From: a virus
Reading direction: 5' to 3' (one strand)
DNA: 64,000 nucleotides
Virus record (IMG/VR): IMGVR_UViG_3300045988_175656
The notes under the pieces: generated by a model
The model's input: only the letters and a program-made list of their open reading frames with translations
Told to the model about the DNA's origin: nothing
Database searches by the model: none
Program-made: the position numbers and the translations under genes
In this document: positions 22,829-32,640 of the stretch, piece by piece
Position numbering within the stretch: the first letter of the stretch is position 1
How the letters are laid out: the number at the start of each line of letters is the position of its first letter

Positions 22829-22851
22829 CAAAAAAAAAATGAGATTATATT

Positions 22852-24729
22852 ATGATAAGAATATTTGAGCATATAAAAAGTGATTATACCTATTACATAG
22901 ATGAAAATACATTTAGTATTTTTAAAAAAAGAAAAAATGGGTCATTAAAAGAAATTGGAACTAAAAAAAGTAAATATGGTTTAACTGTACAATTACATAT
23001 TTTTTATGACGAAAAAATAAAAAGATGCCGTAATAGGAATGTTTATCTGCATACTATTGTTGGGGATTATATTTTTAAAGCAAGAAAGAAATATGTTATA
23101 AATTATAAAGATAATGATATATATAACTGCACAAAAGAGAATATATACATTACATATTTGTGTGATTTAAACAGAAAATGGAATAAGTTAAAGAATAAAG
23201 AATCTACTTATTTATCTGATAATGGTGATGTTTATTATGAACCTTATAAATGTTTTCTTTCGCCATCATTTGATATTACTGGTTATGCATATTTCTATAT
23301 TAATGGTGAAAACATAAAACGTTCCCATCTTGTATGGAAATATTTTGGTAATGAACCATTTAAAGATGGCTATGTTGTTGACCATATTGATAATAATCCA
23401 TCTAATGATGACATTAATAATTTGCAGTTAATAACAATTAGGGAAAATATTATTAAGGATTTGCACAAAAAATCAAATTTGCCAACTGGTGTGCGTAAAG
23501 AAGGTAACAAGTATAAATCTTATATTGGCTATACTATGGATGGGGTATATCATGAAAATATATACTTAGGTGTATTTGATACAATCGAGTTAGCAAGTGA
23601 TTGTTATCAAAGGGCATTATCTTTAGTTGAGAATGGTATTAATCCCATAAAAAGTGGTGACAATAAAGATATTAAGTATAAATTTTCTGTTGATAAATGG
23701 TATTATAGATTGCCATCAAATAATGGTAGAGACAAATATTTTGGTGATTTTGATTCTTACGACAAGGCATTAGAAAGTTATAACAGTCACATTGATATAT
23801 TTAAACAATTTTTTAATGAGACAGATGAAGAAAAAGCAATAAGGAAAGGTAATTTTTCTTTCAAATATAATGGTGTATCATATATGATATGCAAACGCAA
23901 ATATGGTGATATTGAATTTATTAATGCACTCAATTATTATAAAAAATGCAAAAAGAATTGTAATGTTCAAGAATTTATAAACAGCATTCCATTGATAAGA
24001 GAGAAAATATATAATGAGCACAATAAAATTTATGAGTCATTAAAGAAGAAAAAGAAAGAAGAAGCAGCCATTAAATATGCTAAACTTTTAAGAGAAAAAA
24101 AGATTGAAAAGTTAAAGAAAGAATCTTTTAAAGATATAAAAGATGAATTAGATTCTATTAATGAGTTTTTAAAAGAGTCGAAAATGATTGAATTTATGAA
24201 TAAACCTAATTATATTCAAAATTCTTATAATGATTGTTATACAATAAATGTCCCATACAAAGATGGTAAATATTACTATTTACACAGTTTCAAAAACAAA
24301 GAAATAGTAGATGAAATAGATAATATAATGAATGAATATAAACAATCAGATAATTTCATAAATTTATTCAATGATTTTAAAAGTAATAAACTTCTATCAT
24401 ATATAGAAAAAGACAATGTTTATAGGCAACAAATTGAATCTCAAAAGAAGAACAAATTAGGTTATTATTATTTGCCAAAAAAAGATTTATATAGAGTTAA
24501 AAAACATTTAAATAACAAAGAATATGTATTAGGTTATTATAAAGATGAAAGATGTTGTAAATATATTTTAGATGAATGTAATAATGCAATAAAATTGGGT
24601 ATATTTTCTACATGGTATAAAGATATAGAAAAACATAAACTTCGTGTTAGAAATATGTTTAATGATTTAACTTTAGTCAGAAGCAGGAACATAGCATCTA
24701 ATAATAAAAAATATTTAGAATTACCTTAA
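22852..24729 (+). CDS. HNH homing endonuclease with AP2-type DNA-binding domain
   Basis: HNH_3-like VVDHIDNNPSNDDINNLQLITIRENI; AP2-like TGVRKEGNKYKSYIGY...IYLGVFDTIELASDCYQRA. Confidence 0.85.
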   Translation: MIRIFEHIKSDYTYYIDENTFSIFKKRKNGSLKEIGTKKSKYGLTVQLHIFYDEKIKRCRNRNVYLHTIVGDYIFKARKKYVINYKDNDIYNCTKENIYITYLCDLNRKWNKLKNKESTYLSDNGDVYYEPYKCFLSPSFDITGYAYFYINGENIKRSHLVWKYFGNEPFKDGYVVDHIDNNPSNDDINNLQLITIRENIIKDLHKKSNLPTGVRKEGNKYKSYIGYTMDGVYHENIYLGVFDTIELASDCYQRALSLVENGINPIKSGDNKDIKYKFSVDKWYYRLPSNNGRDKYFGDFDSYDKALESYNSHIDIFKQFFNETDEEKAIRKGNFSFKYNGVSYMICKRKYGDIEFINALNYYKKCKKNCNVQEFINSIPLIREKIYNEHNKIYESLKKKKKEEAAIKYAKLLREKKIEKLKKESFKDIKDELDSINEFLKESKMIEFMNKPNYIQNSYNDCYTINVPYKDGKYYYLHSFKNKEIVDEIDNIMNEYKQSDNFINLFNDFKSNKLLSYIEKDNVYRQQIESQKKNKLGYYYLPKKDLYRVKKHLNNKEYVLGYYKDERCCKYILDECNNAIKLGIFSTWYKDIEKHKLRVRNMFNDLTLVRSRNIASNNKKYLELP

Positions 24730-24747
24730 AATATTGTTGAGAACTAA

Positions 24748-24775
24748 AAAGACACTACTTAGTGTCTTTTATCTT
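24748..24775 (+). terminator. terminator between convergent genes
   Basis: AAAGACACT (24748-24756) / AGTGTCTTT (24761-24769) plus T-run. Confidence 0.65.
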
Positions 24776-24776
24776 T

Positions 24777-25322
24777 TTATAATATTGGCATTATTTTTTC
24801 ATTTATGAAATTTGTAAAAGTTAGTTTTGATTCTTTATATTGTTTATATAATTGTTTCTTTTGTTTGAGTGTTAACTTTTTGAATATTTTCCATTCATCT
24901 GTGCCATCTTTATGAATTATATTATAATTGTTATCATATTGATGTGCATATGCTTCCAGTTCAAATTCAATAAATTTATATGGCATTTTAATTCCGTTTA
25001 TAATTGGTAAGTTTTTAAGGTATAGCCAAATATAATGAAGATAATATAATATCCATGAATTATGGCATTTAATTGCTTGTTTAACGTGTGTCATTTCATG
25101 ATTTTTATCATCTTCATTTCTTCCTTTTTCTTCATCTTTTACCCATCTATCATACGTTTTCTTTCTAATGTATATATTTCCAAAGAAACACATTAATTTA
25201 CTATTATTAAATGGGATGAAATTATTCACTATTAATTTCATTTCCGTTATTTGACTAGGCTTTTTCATGTTAATTACAATTTTATCATAAATATTTGTGT
25301 TATGATTAATATAAATTAACAT
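24777..25322 (-). CDS. putative zincin-like metallopeptidase (DUF4157-like HExxHVxQ)
   Basis: NHEMTHVKQA motif. Alternative start at 25268 (MKKPSQ...). It is the only minus-strand gene in the 22.8-28.8 kb module. Confidence 0.55.
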   Translation of the reverse strand: MLIYINHNTNIYDKIVINMKKPSQITEMKLIVNNFIPFNNSKLMCFFGNIYIRKKTYDRWVKDEEKGRNEDDKNHEMTHVKQAIKCHNSWILYYLHYIWLYLKNLPIINGIKMPYKFIEFELEAYAHQYDNNYNIIHKDGTDEWKIFKKLTLKQKKQLYKQYKESKLTFTNFINEKIMPIL

Positions 25323-25352
25323 TGATTATTTGTGGCTTTTATTTTTTGTTTA

Positions 25353-25360
25353 TATCTTTG
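25353..25360 (+). promoter_or_regulatory. -7 box TAtcTTTG
   Basis: 27 nt upstream of ATG 25388. Confidence 0.5.
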
Positions 25361-25387
25361 TGTCATAATTAAAAAATATATAATTAT

Positions 25388-25630
25388 ATGGACGAAAAAT
25401 TAAAGAGATGTATTGAGGTGTTAGTACATTATGTATATGACACATATGACGGTAATGAATCTGAAATATACACATTATCTTATTATTACATGTATATTAA
25501 TAAAGTTAATGATATTGAAGGTTTATTGGCTTGTTTTGTACAAGCTATAATAGATGTAACAGATAAAGAGTTTTCTGATGTATATAAGAAAATAGTTAAT
25601 CATCCACAAATTAAAAAAGTATTATTTTAG
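25388..25630 (+). CDS. hypothetical protein
   Basis: ORF track. Confidence 0.55.
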   Translation: MDEKLKRCIEVLVHYVYDTYDGNESEIYTLSYYYMYINKVNDIEGLLACFVQAIIDVTDKEFSDVYKKIVNHPQIKKVLF

Positions 25631-25677
25631 TTAACATTTTTTATAGAAATAAATTTTGTATATTAAAAAAATAGTTT

Positions 25678-25685
25678 TATATTTG
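25678..25685 (+). promoter_or_regulatory. -7 box TAtaTTTG (class II)
   Basis: ttTATATTTGCAcaat upstream of ATG 25712. Confidence 0.5.
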
Positions 25686-25711
25686 CACAATAAATTTAAA
25701 AAAGGTATAAC

Positions 25712-26131
25712 ATGGAAAAAATTTTCATATTGAGTCAGATTGTTTCTGTATCTCTTTACAAGACAGTGAACCGTAGTGATTTATTTAAATGGGTAAAGAA
25801 AGAGAAATACAAAGGTTTTCTTTTTTGGAGAAAAAAGATTGAGTATTATGAATGGAATGATGGTACCAGTAGTGATTTTCTTAGTGAAAGATATGCTACT
25901 GATGAAGAATTATTGAATTATTTTAAAACTTATATCGGAAGGGATGATTTATTCATTAAGGATAAGGTATTATATCAGAAACCTTATGTGAAGTTAATTT
26001 TATCTAATGACACACATTTGAATAAGGTATTTGAAGATGATATTCTTGCAGAGCAGTATTATGTTTCTGTTCAGGCTGAATTAAGTCGTTGTGGTATTCC
26101 TTATAGAGATTTATCAAAAGATTTGTTTTAA
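25712..26131 (+). CDS. hypothetical protein
   Basis: ORF track. Confidence 0.6.
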   Translation: MEKIFILSQIVSVSLYKTVNRSDLFKWVKKEKYKGFLFWRKKIEYYEWNDGTSSDFLSERYATDEELLNYFKTYIGRDDLFIKDKVLYQKPYVKLILSNDTHLNKVFEDDILAEQYYVSVQAELSRCGIPYRDLSKDLF

Positions 26132-26149
26132 AATATAAATAGAAATATT

Positions 26150-26644
26150 ATGATTGATTTGTTATTATTATCTTTATCCATATTCATTGTTTATTTGTCA
26201 TATACGTTGTTTAGTATTAAGATGATGCCAATTAGTTTATCTGATACATATTATCAATTAGAAAAAGTTGGTAAACCGAAATGGTTATTTCAATTATGTA
26301 TGTTTTTGATAAGTGCTTTATTGTTACCTTGTTGGCTTGTCATATCTCCTGAGAATATACAATTTTTAGCATTTTTAGGTTGTGGTGGTTTATTATTTGT
26401 TAGTGTTGCTCCTGCATTTAAATTACCATTAGAAGGTCCTGTTCATTATGTTTCTGCATACATTAGTGGTGGTTGTGCAGTATTATGGGTTTTATGGGTG
26501 GGTTTATGGTATATTCCTGTGTCTTTATTAGTTGTTGCATTATTGCTTACGTTTATAAAGTATAAAAAGCAGGTAGCATTTTTATTGGAATTGGTAGCAA
26601 TTATCAGCGTATTTATTAGTTTATTAATGATGTATTATAAATAA
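26150..26644 (+). CDS. multi-pass membrane protein
   Basis: ORF track; at least five long hydrophobic segments. Confidence 0.7.
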   Translation: MIDLLLLSLSIFIVYLSYTLFSIKMMPISLSDTYYQLEKVGKPKWLFQLCMFLISALLLPCWLVISPENIQFLAFLGCGGLLFVSVAPAFKLPLEGPVHYVSAYISGGCAVLWVLWVGLWYIPVSLLVVALLLTFIKYKKQVAFLLELVAIISVFISLLMMYYK

Positions 26645-26646
26645 TT

Positions 26647-27096
26647 ATGGAAAATATTGAAAATAGCACAGCGACTCTTAGAGATACTAATTGCATTATT
26701 TTAAAGAAGCGTGAATATGATGATTTAGTAGATGCTGCTGACAAGGGTATAATGCTTCACATAGGTGTTTCCAATAGTGATAATTATGATGTTGATATTA
26801 AGGCGCATAAAAGCTGTATTATTGTTGGTACTGATAAGATAGCTATTTCCCCAGGTATAAGTAGTCAAATATATCGTATTGCTAAATATATTAAAGAAGA
26901 ATTTGATACCATTATTAAAAGTAATGATAGTATAATAAGAAAAAATCACATTGATAATTTAGAATCTCTTCAAGATGATTTATTAGATGAATTTAGTCAA
27001 TTATCTTGGTGGGAAAGGTTATTTTTTAACCCTGATAAGATTAAGAAGAATATAAATGATTATAATACGATAGATGAAGATTTATCTAAAGAATAG
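26647..27096 (+). CDS. hypothetical protein
   Basis: ORF track; tightly packed with neighbours. Confidence 0.65.
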   Translation: MENIENSTATLRDTNCIILKKREYDDLVDAADKGIMLHIGVSNSDNYDVDIKAHKSCIIVGTDKIAISPGISSQIYRIAKYIKEEFDTIIKSNDSIIRKNHIDNLESLQDDLLDEFSQLSWWERLFFNPDKIKKNINDYNTIDEDLSKE

Positions 27097-27101
27097 AATT
27101 T

Positions 27102-27539
27102 ATGGCAAGTAGTGTTTCAGAAAGAAATTTATTAAGTGTAATTAAGTCTCATTATTCGGATGCTGTATCACAGAAACGTTTTGATTGGTTAGGCAATCAA
27201 AGTTTAGATATATACATTCCCTCAAAGAATGTTGCTATTGAGTATCAGGGTGAGCAACATTACAAGCCTGTTCACATTTATGGTGGTAAAAAGGGTTTTA
27301 GGCAGCAACAGAGATTTGATAAAAAGAAAATCAATTTATGTAAAAAACATGGGGTAAATTTATATTATTTCACTTTTGTAGAAGATGCTCCTAATAAGTT
27401 ACATGGGAAAGTAATGTATAAGAATACTCGTAAATTATTGCGTAGTATTAAATATCCTTGGTTAAAGTGGACAAAGTTTATTATTGAAGGGATATTTTGG
27501 TTAATTGTTATATTTTATATGATTTTATTTTTCATTTAA
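27102..27539 (+). CDS. PD-(D/E)XK-like (Vsr/DUF559-type) nuclease-fold protein with C-terminal TM
   Basis: LDIYIPSKNVAIEYQGEQHY motif; C-terminal FIIEGIFWLIVIFYMILFFI. Confidence 0.5.
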   Translation: MASSVSERNLLSVIKSHYSDAVSQKRFDWLGNQSLDIYIPSKNVAIEYQGEQHYKPVHIYGGKKGFRQQQRFDKKKINLCKKHGVNLYYFTFVEDAPNKLHGKVMYKNTRKLLRSIKYPWLKWTKFIIEGIFWLIVIFYMILFFI

Positions 27540-27552
27540 TTAAAAAAATATT

Positions 27553-27927
27553 ATGTTAGTAAAAATAGAAAATGAATATTATGAAGCATCTCGTGTTCAA
27601 AAGGTAGAGAAGCCCTATTTGTTTATTAAAGTAACTAAATTATCAGATGGCAGTTATAAACTTATTCAAGTAATAGATGATTTAAGTTTACAAGAGGATT
27701 GTGGTTTGACTGATGTCATAATTCGTTATGATAAAAACTTATGTAAGGTTGATTTAACTAAATATGATTATGTCATATCATATGGTTTTTCAGTTCATGT
27801 TGATGGTAAAGGCTTAAACATGTTTGATAGTAATTACAAAATATTAGTAAGTGGTTTTAAAACCATGCTTGAAGCAGCCGAAAATAGAGAAAAGTTTGTT
27901 AAAGAAGTTAATGAAAAAAAAAAATAA
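27553..27927 (+). CDS. hypothetical protein
   Basis: ORF track. Confidence 0.6.
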   Translation: MLVKIENEYYEASRVQKVEKPYLFIKVTKLSDGSYKLIQVIDDLSLQEDCGLTDVIIRYDKNLCKVDLTKYDYVISYGFSVHVDGKGLNMFDSNYKILVSGFKTMLEAAENREKFVKEVNEKKK

Positions 27928-27935
27928 AAAATAAT

Positions 27936-28130
27936 ATGAATAAGAAAGAAGTTATTGAAATGTCTAAAAAGTATTCTAAGAATAAACAATATCAGGATGC
28001 TTATAAAGCAGGTTTTCAAGCCGCATGTAACATTGTCAGATGTAAGATTAATACTTGTGATAATGGTGAATTTTGTGATGAAATGGAAGAGTTAGCTAAT
28101 GTTTCATTTATGGATTTAGATGATGAATGA
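27936..28130 (+). CDS. hypothetical protein
   Basis: ORF track. Confidence 0.5.
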   Translation: MNKKEVIEMSKKYSKNKQYQDAYKAGFQAACNIVRCKINTCDNGEFCDEMEELANVSFMDLDDE

Positions 28131-28425
28131 AGATAAAATAAAAGGAATAAAAGCTATTGTATCTTATTACAATAAGGTTGAATTATTGAAAGAAGAAATT
28201 AATAAATTAAAAAGTATCAGAGAAAGCAATACATTTATAATGACAATATTTCTTGCAGGTGAAAATTCTGTTGACAATTATACCATGAGCATTACATCAG
28301 ATAATATGATGCAAAACGATTATGGGGTACTTTATCAGGACTTTATTGATAAACTGATTGAAGGGAAAGAGAAAGAATTGGCAAGTTATAATATGGTATT
28401 AGAAAAATTTTCTGAAAAAATCTAA
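28120..28425 (+). CDS. hypothetical protein
   Basis: ORF track; 11-nt overlap with the previous gene. Confidence 0.55.
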   Translation: MMNEDKIKGIKAIVSYYNKVELLKEEINKLKSIRESNTFIMTIFLAGENSVDNYTMSITSDNMMQNDYGVLYQDFIDKLIEGKEKELASYNMVLEKFSEKI

Positions 28426-28471
28426 GTATTTTTTGATTTAGTTTGATAATAATTATCAAACTAAACAAATT

Positions 28472-28828
28472 ATGGCGAGCACATTCAAAATTATACAAGC
28501 AGGAAAAGCTCAAATGGTATTAAGAATAATCTTTGGACAATGTTTAGGGCAAATAAAAGATGAAGTTTTTACCACAGGTACAGCTTATATAGGCAATAAA
28601 ACTTATGATTTTTTTTATCAGAAATTAGCAGGTCAAGAATTACAAGGTAATTATCCTTTAGACGAATCTTATGAAAGTGAGATTGGTAAACCTTTTTCTG
28701 TGCAGATTAATGATGTTTCATTTAATGGTGAGTCTATAATGGATAATCCTAATCTTCATTTCACAGATTATAATACAGTTGTTGAAATGGATAATGTATA
28801 TGGTATAGCATATGATTGTAGAACTTAA
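28472..28828 (+). CDS. hypothetical protein
   Basis: ORF track. Confidence 0.6.
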   Translation: MASTFKIIQAGKAQMVLRIIFGQCLGQIKDEVFTTGTAYIGNKTYDFFYQKLAGQELQGNYPLDESYESEIGKPFSVQINDVSFNGESIMDNPNLHFTDYNTVVEMDNVYGIAYDCRT

Positions 28829-28833
28829 TAAAA

Positions 28834-28862
28834 AAGCCTGATATTATTCAGGCTTTTCTTTT
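28834..28862 (+). terminator. terminator between convergent modules
   Basis: AAGCCTGA (28834-28841) / TCAGGCTT (28848-28855) plus T-run. Confidence 0.7.
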
Positions 28863-28990
28863 TTATCTTTGTCTAATAAATCTAATACATGTCTTTTTAG
28901 ACATTCAGGAGTATTATATATGCTTCTCCAATTATTTTTTACAAGTTCATAGAACATTTGTATAATATCTTTATCAATTTCTGGTATCAT
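28847..28990 (-). CDS. small hypothetical protein (47 aa)
   Basis: Own translation MIPEIDKDIIQMFYELVKNNWRSIYNTPECLKRHVLDLLDKDKKEKPE. Starts 9 nt after the stop of 28999..30489. Its 3' end overlaps the terminator hairpin. Confidence 0.3.
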
Positions 28991-28998
28991 AATTTTAA

Positions 28999-30489
28999 TT
29001 ATTTTAAATAATATTTTCTTATTTGGTTTTTATTGTTGATACTATCTTTTCCATGATAGAAATCTTGACTATTAACAAACTGTGGCAATCTATATGATGC
29101 TGCTTGGAAGAATTTAAGGTTTTCATATTGAAATGAACCAAAATCAAATAATTCTCTTTTTTCTTCATCACCAATTCCCAATTTATTTACAATGTCAAGC
29201 ATTTGTAATACTGAAATATTATTTTTAGCAAGATGCTGTAAATAATAGTAAAAGTGATTATCATCTTTACTTTTATGTTTACCTTCAGCCATGCCATAAA
29301 GATTATTTATAAAACGTTCTCTATCAGGTATAATATCCCAAAATGATGTTTTATTTGGATTAGGTATTATTATTTCATTAAAATTACGTCCTTTATAAGT
29401 TAAGAATTGGATTTGTTTTTCTTTATCTGTTAATTGGTCACTATCATAATCGGAAACAGTTCCTAATTCAGTTTTATATTTTAACGCATCTCTATAACTT
29501 TTTAATCCATGTTTTCTAAAATAGTCAGTTAGCAATTTAACAACTTTTTGTGATTCTTCGTTTGGTTGTCTTGACAATCCACTAATTTCATTAGAAATTT
29601 CATCCATAATTCCACGCATCCCACCATAATATCCGCTATTGATATTACTGATAAGTTGACCATTTAGATATTTTTCAAGACCATATTGTTTAAGTAGGTT
29701 TGCAGCTTCTCTTCCACTATCTTTTTCTGAAACCTCACCTGCAAACATAAACTTTAATATTTTAGCCAATACATTAGCATAAGTTTTTCTATCTGCTTTG
29801 TCGTTAGGTTTTGTATCATAATATCTACTATAATTTTCATAGTCATCATTAATTTGTTTATTCAATGTATTGTCACTTTGTTTGTTAAAATCATTTTCAT
29901 TGTCATAAACAAATATCCACCTATTTAATTTTGACATTAGCATATGATAAACATATTGATATTGGTTTTTATCTTGTGGATTAAAAATTACATCAATTCT
30001 TTTAATATACTTATGCGCATCGTATAGAGTTGGTTCATTAGAAAACATTCTATCTTCAGACTCATTACTTGTATGGTGGGCTTTTGAATCCAAATCAGTA
30101 TCTCTATTACCATTATAATAGCTCATTTTACCCATTGATGAACCCCAGTAGTCAATTGCTTTTCCTTTGAATCTTTGTGAAAGTTTTCTGCCATCAAATT
30201 CAATTCTCACACCTGCTGTTCTAAACTTATATGAATAGCCAAAATTAACATTTCTTTGTCTTGTTAGAGACAAATAATACAATTCTTTTCTGTTTGTATT
30301 ATCAGCACTACCACCTAATGCAGATTGAAGATATATTGTATCAGTATTGGCAATTTTTAAGCCTGTGTTAAGTGATGTATAATGAAACACTTCATCAGAC
30401 AGTGCTTCTGATAACAAAGCTAACTTAGATTCAGGAATAATAATTTTCTTCTTTTCTCTTATATTATTTAAATTTGTATATAGTATCAT
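28999..30489 (-). CDS. hypothetical protein (496 aa)
   Basis: ORF track; no motif recognised. Confidence 0.75.
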   Translation of the reverse strand: MILYTNLNNIREKKKIIIPESKLALLSEALSDEVFHYTSLNTGLKIANTDTIYLQSALGGSADNTNRKELYYLSLTRQRNVNFGYSYKFRTAGVRIEFDGRKLSQRFKGKAIDYWGSSMGKMSYYNGNRDTDLDSKAHHTSNESEDRMFSNEPTLYDAHKYIKRIDVIFNPQDKNQYQYVYHMLMSKLNRWIFVYDNENDFNKQSDNTLNKQINDDYENYSRYYDTKPNDKADRKTYANVLAKILKFMFAGEVSEKDSGREAANLLKQYGLEKYLNGQLISNINSGYYGGMRGIMDEISNEISGLSRQPNEESQKVVKLLTDYFRKHGLKSYRDALKYKTELGTVSDYDSDQLTDKEKQIQFLTYKGRNFNEIIIPNPNKTSFWDIIPDRERFINNLYGMAEGKHKSKDDNHFYYYLQHLAKNNISVLQMLDIVNKLGIGDEEKRELFDFGSFQYENLKFFQAASYRLPQFVNSQDFYHGKDSINNKNQIRKYYLK

Positions 30490-30490
30490 A

Positions 30491-31051
30491 TTACTTTGCT
30501 TGTTTTAAATTTTCTAAAGGTTTTGGTTTAAGAATATTCCATGTTCTTCCATTATCAAGTGAGAACTCCCAGAATGTATCAATCATCCATCCTGATTTTT
30601 TTGCTTTATCAACTGATTTATCTAATGTAATAGTTCTATACATTACATATTTTCCATTTCTTTTAGCCCCACCATTTAAAAGGTCAATTGCGGTTCTAAG
30701 ATTATTTGTACCATAAGCTCCAGAGCCAAATAATGACATTGTTGAAGGAATTGCATCATTACCAAAATTTTTTATCTTATATATTGTAAATTTATTTTGA
30801 TTTACAATTCTTCTATTATCATCTGTTGCTTGAAAAGTTTCACCATTATAATCATAGGTTGAAGGTTGACTTACAACATCATTACTAGCATGACCACCAT
30901 TGTCAACAGCTAATGGGTTATAGCCAAGATTTCTATTGGCTACTGTTCTACTATTATCAGGTGTAATACTATCTTTATATCTATCTTCATTTAAAATTTC
31001 TCGTATTGTAGATTCAATTAAAGAGATAAAATTATTTTTACTTATTTTCAT
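30491..31051 (-). CDS. hypothetical protein
   Basis: ORF track; 1-nt spacing to the downstream gene. Confidence 0.7.
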   Translation of the reverse strand: MKISKNNFISLIESTIREILNEDRYKDSITPDNSRTVANRNLGYNPLAVDNGGHASNDVVSQPSTYDYNGETFQATDDNRRIVNQNKFTIYKIKNFGNDAIPSTMSLFGSGAYGTNNLRTAIDLLNGGAKRNGKYVMYRTITLDKSVDKAKKSGWMIDTFWEFSLDNGRTWNILKPKPLENLKQAK

Positions 31052-31126
31052 ATTGTTATATGTTATTATATATGATAAATATGATTAAAAATTACTATTT
31101 ATTGGTATATAAAATATAAATAAACG

Positions 31127-31417
31127 ATGGATAAAGATAAAGTTATATTTCTAAATTCTAGGTTTATAGATGGAAGTGATGCTCGTGTGCCAAATGCTTC
31201 AGCAATTGATTATGGTGAAATAGCCATCAATTACAAAGCCAAATATGAGACAATATCTTTTAAAAACGACAATGAAGAACTTGTTCGTTTAAAACCTATG
31301 TATTTAGTTGATAATAAATTAAATGAAATCAGAAGAACTATTTTTTATCAAGTAGTCATTCCTGATTCACCTAAGAATGGAGATATGTGGATTGTACCAC
31401 CGCCAACGATTAAATAA
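31127..31417 (+). CDS. fibre-associated protein sharing the N-terminal module of the 32983 fibre
   Basis: VIFLNSRFIDGSDARVPNASAIDYGEIAINYKAKYETISFKNDNEELV aligns with ITLLNDRGIMGDNNPRLPDPSKIDYGQLAINYSKSKETLAIKNDNDEIV. Confidence 0.6.
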   Translation: MDKDKVIFLNSRFIDGSDARVPNASAIDYGEIAINYKAKYETISFKNDNEELVRLKPMYLVDNKLNEIRRTIFYQVVIPDSPKNGDMWIVPPPTIK

Positions 31418-31438
31418 AAAACTATTATAAAAAGAAAG

Positions 31439-31786
31439 ATGAAACAAGAAATTTACAATGATTATGGCTTCATAGAAAGTGATTATTTATACACTCTACC
31501 TGAAGAAAGAAGAGATTGGAGAATAAAGATAGAAAACGAGATTGAAGAAGCCAAAGAAAGTATTAATACAAATGTGGATGAAGCTGAAGATAAATTATCT
31601 ACGGATATTACAGAAGCAAAGGTTGAGATAAATAACAACATTGAATCATCAAAAGATGAAATTATAAATGAATTACATACAACAGTTAATTCATATGTAG
31701 TTAATGCTAAAAATGAAGTAATATCTAATGATAATGCTAATAAGGAAACTATATTAACAACTATTAAAGGTTGGCTTAAAATTTAG
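31439..31786 (+). CDS. acidic repeat protein (fibre-associated?)
   Basis: ORF track; repeated xSK(D/N)E(I/V)I motifs shared with 31834..32616. Confidence 0.6.
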   Translation: MKQEIYNDYGFIESDYLYTLPEERRDWRIKIENEIEEAKESINTNVDEAEDKLSTDITEAKVEINNNIESSKDEIINELHTTVNSYVVNAKNEVISNDNANKETILTTIKGWLKI

Positions 31787-31833
31787 GCTACCTTTCAAAT
31801 AATAAATTAATATTTATAGTAAAACAATATATA

Positions 31834-32616
31834 ATGGAAAATTACGCATATTATATAGATAAATATTGTGATAACCGTCCCTTAGTTGGTTATGGAACTC
31901 AATTTAAACAATACTTAGATGAAGCGTTAAGTGGCAATACAATTAACATCTCTAAGATTAGTGAAGAATTGAAAGAAGTTGATGAACATTTAACAGATGT
32001 AGTTATTAATGTTGAAGGTAATTTAGCAAGTGTTGCTCAACAAGTACAAACTAATTTGGCTGGTGTTATGGTCAATGTTGAATCTAATTTAAGTTGTCAG
32101 ATGTCTAATTCCACTTCTTCTATTAATGCTAATGTTGAAAAAGCCAAAGAAGAAATCATTGAGAAAATTGATGATATTGAATGTAGTGGTGGTTGCAGTG
32201 TTACTAAAGAAGATTTAGAAAATGCTGTTACAGCGATTAATTGGCATAGTGATGAAAATCGAAACGCTATCATAGATAATGCTGAATCTAAAAAAGAAGA
32301 AATTATTACTAGTGTTGTAGCTAACAAAGAAGATGCTGTTGTTAGAATTACTGCAAGTGTTAAGACTGAATCTGAAAAGGCTAAAGAACGTTTGGAACAA
32401 ATTCGTTTAGAATTAATTGAAGCCATTAATAAGACTGGTCAATTAGTTGAACTTGGTTTTGGTAATCTAAATGAACAGATTATTGATAGTAAAGATGAAA
32501 TAATTAGTGAAGTTAAAAATAATAGTGGTTTACCAATAACAGGTGGTGATGTTGAAGATGGTACAATCATTAATGATAATATGTCTTTACCTATTTTTGG
32601 TAATGATATTGAATAA
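31834..32616 (+). CDS. acidic repeat protein (fibre-associated?)
   Basis: ORF track; repeats KAKEEIIEKI, SKKEEIITSV, SKDEIISEV. Confidence 0.65.
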   Translation: MENYAYYIDKYCDNRPLVGYGTQFKQYLDEALSGNTINISKISEELKEVDEHLTDVVINVEGNLASVAQQVQTNLAGVMVNVESNLSCQMSNSTSSINANVEKAKEEIIEKIDDIECSGGCSVTKEDLENAVTAINWHSDENRNAIIDNAESKKEEIITSVVANKEDAVVRITASVKTESEKAKERLEQIRLELIEAINKTGQLVELGFGNLNEQIIDSKDEIISEVKNNSGLPITGGDVEDGTIINDNMSLPIFGNDIE

Positions 32617-32640
32617 TAATAAAATAATATTAAAATAAAA

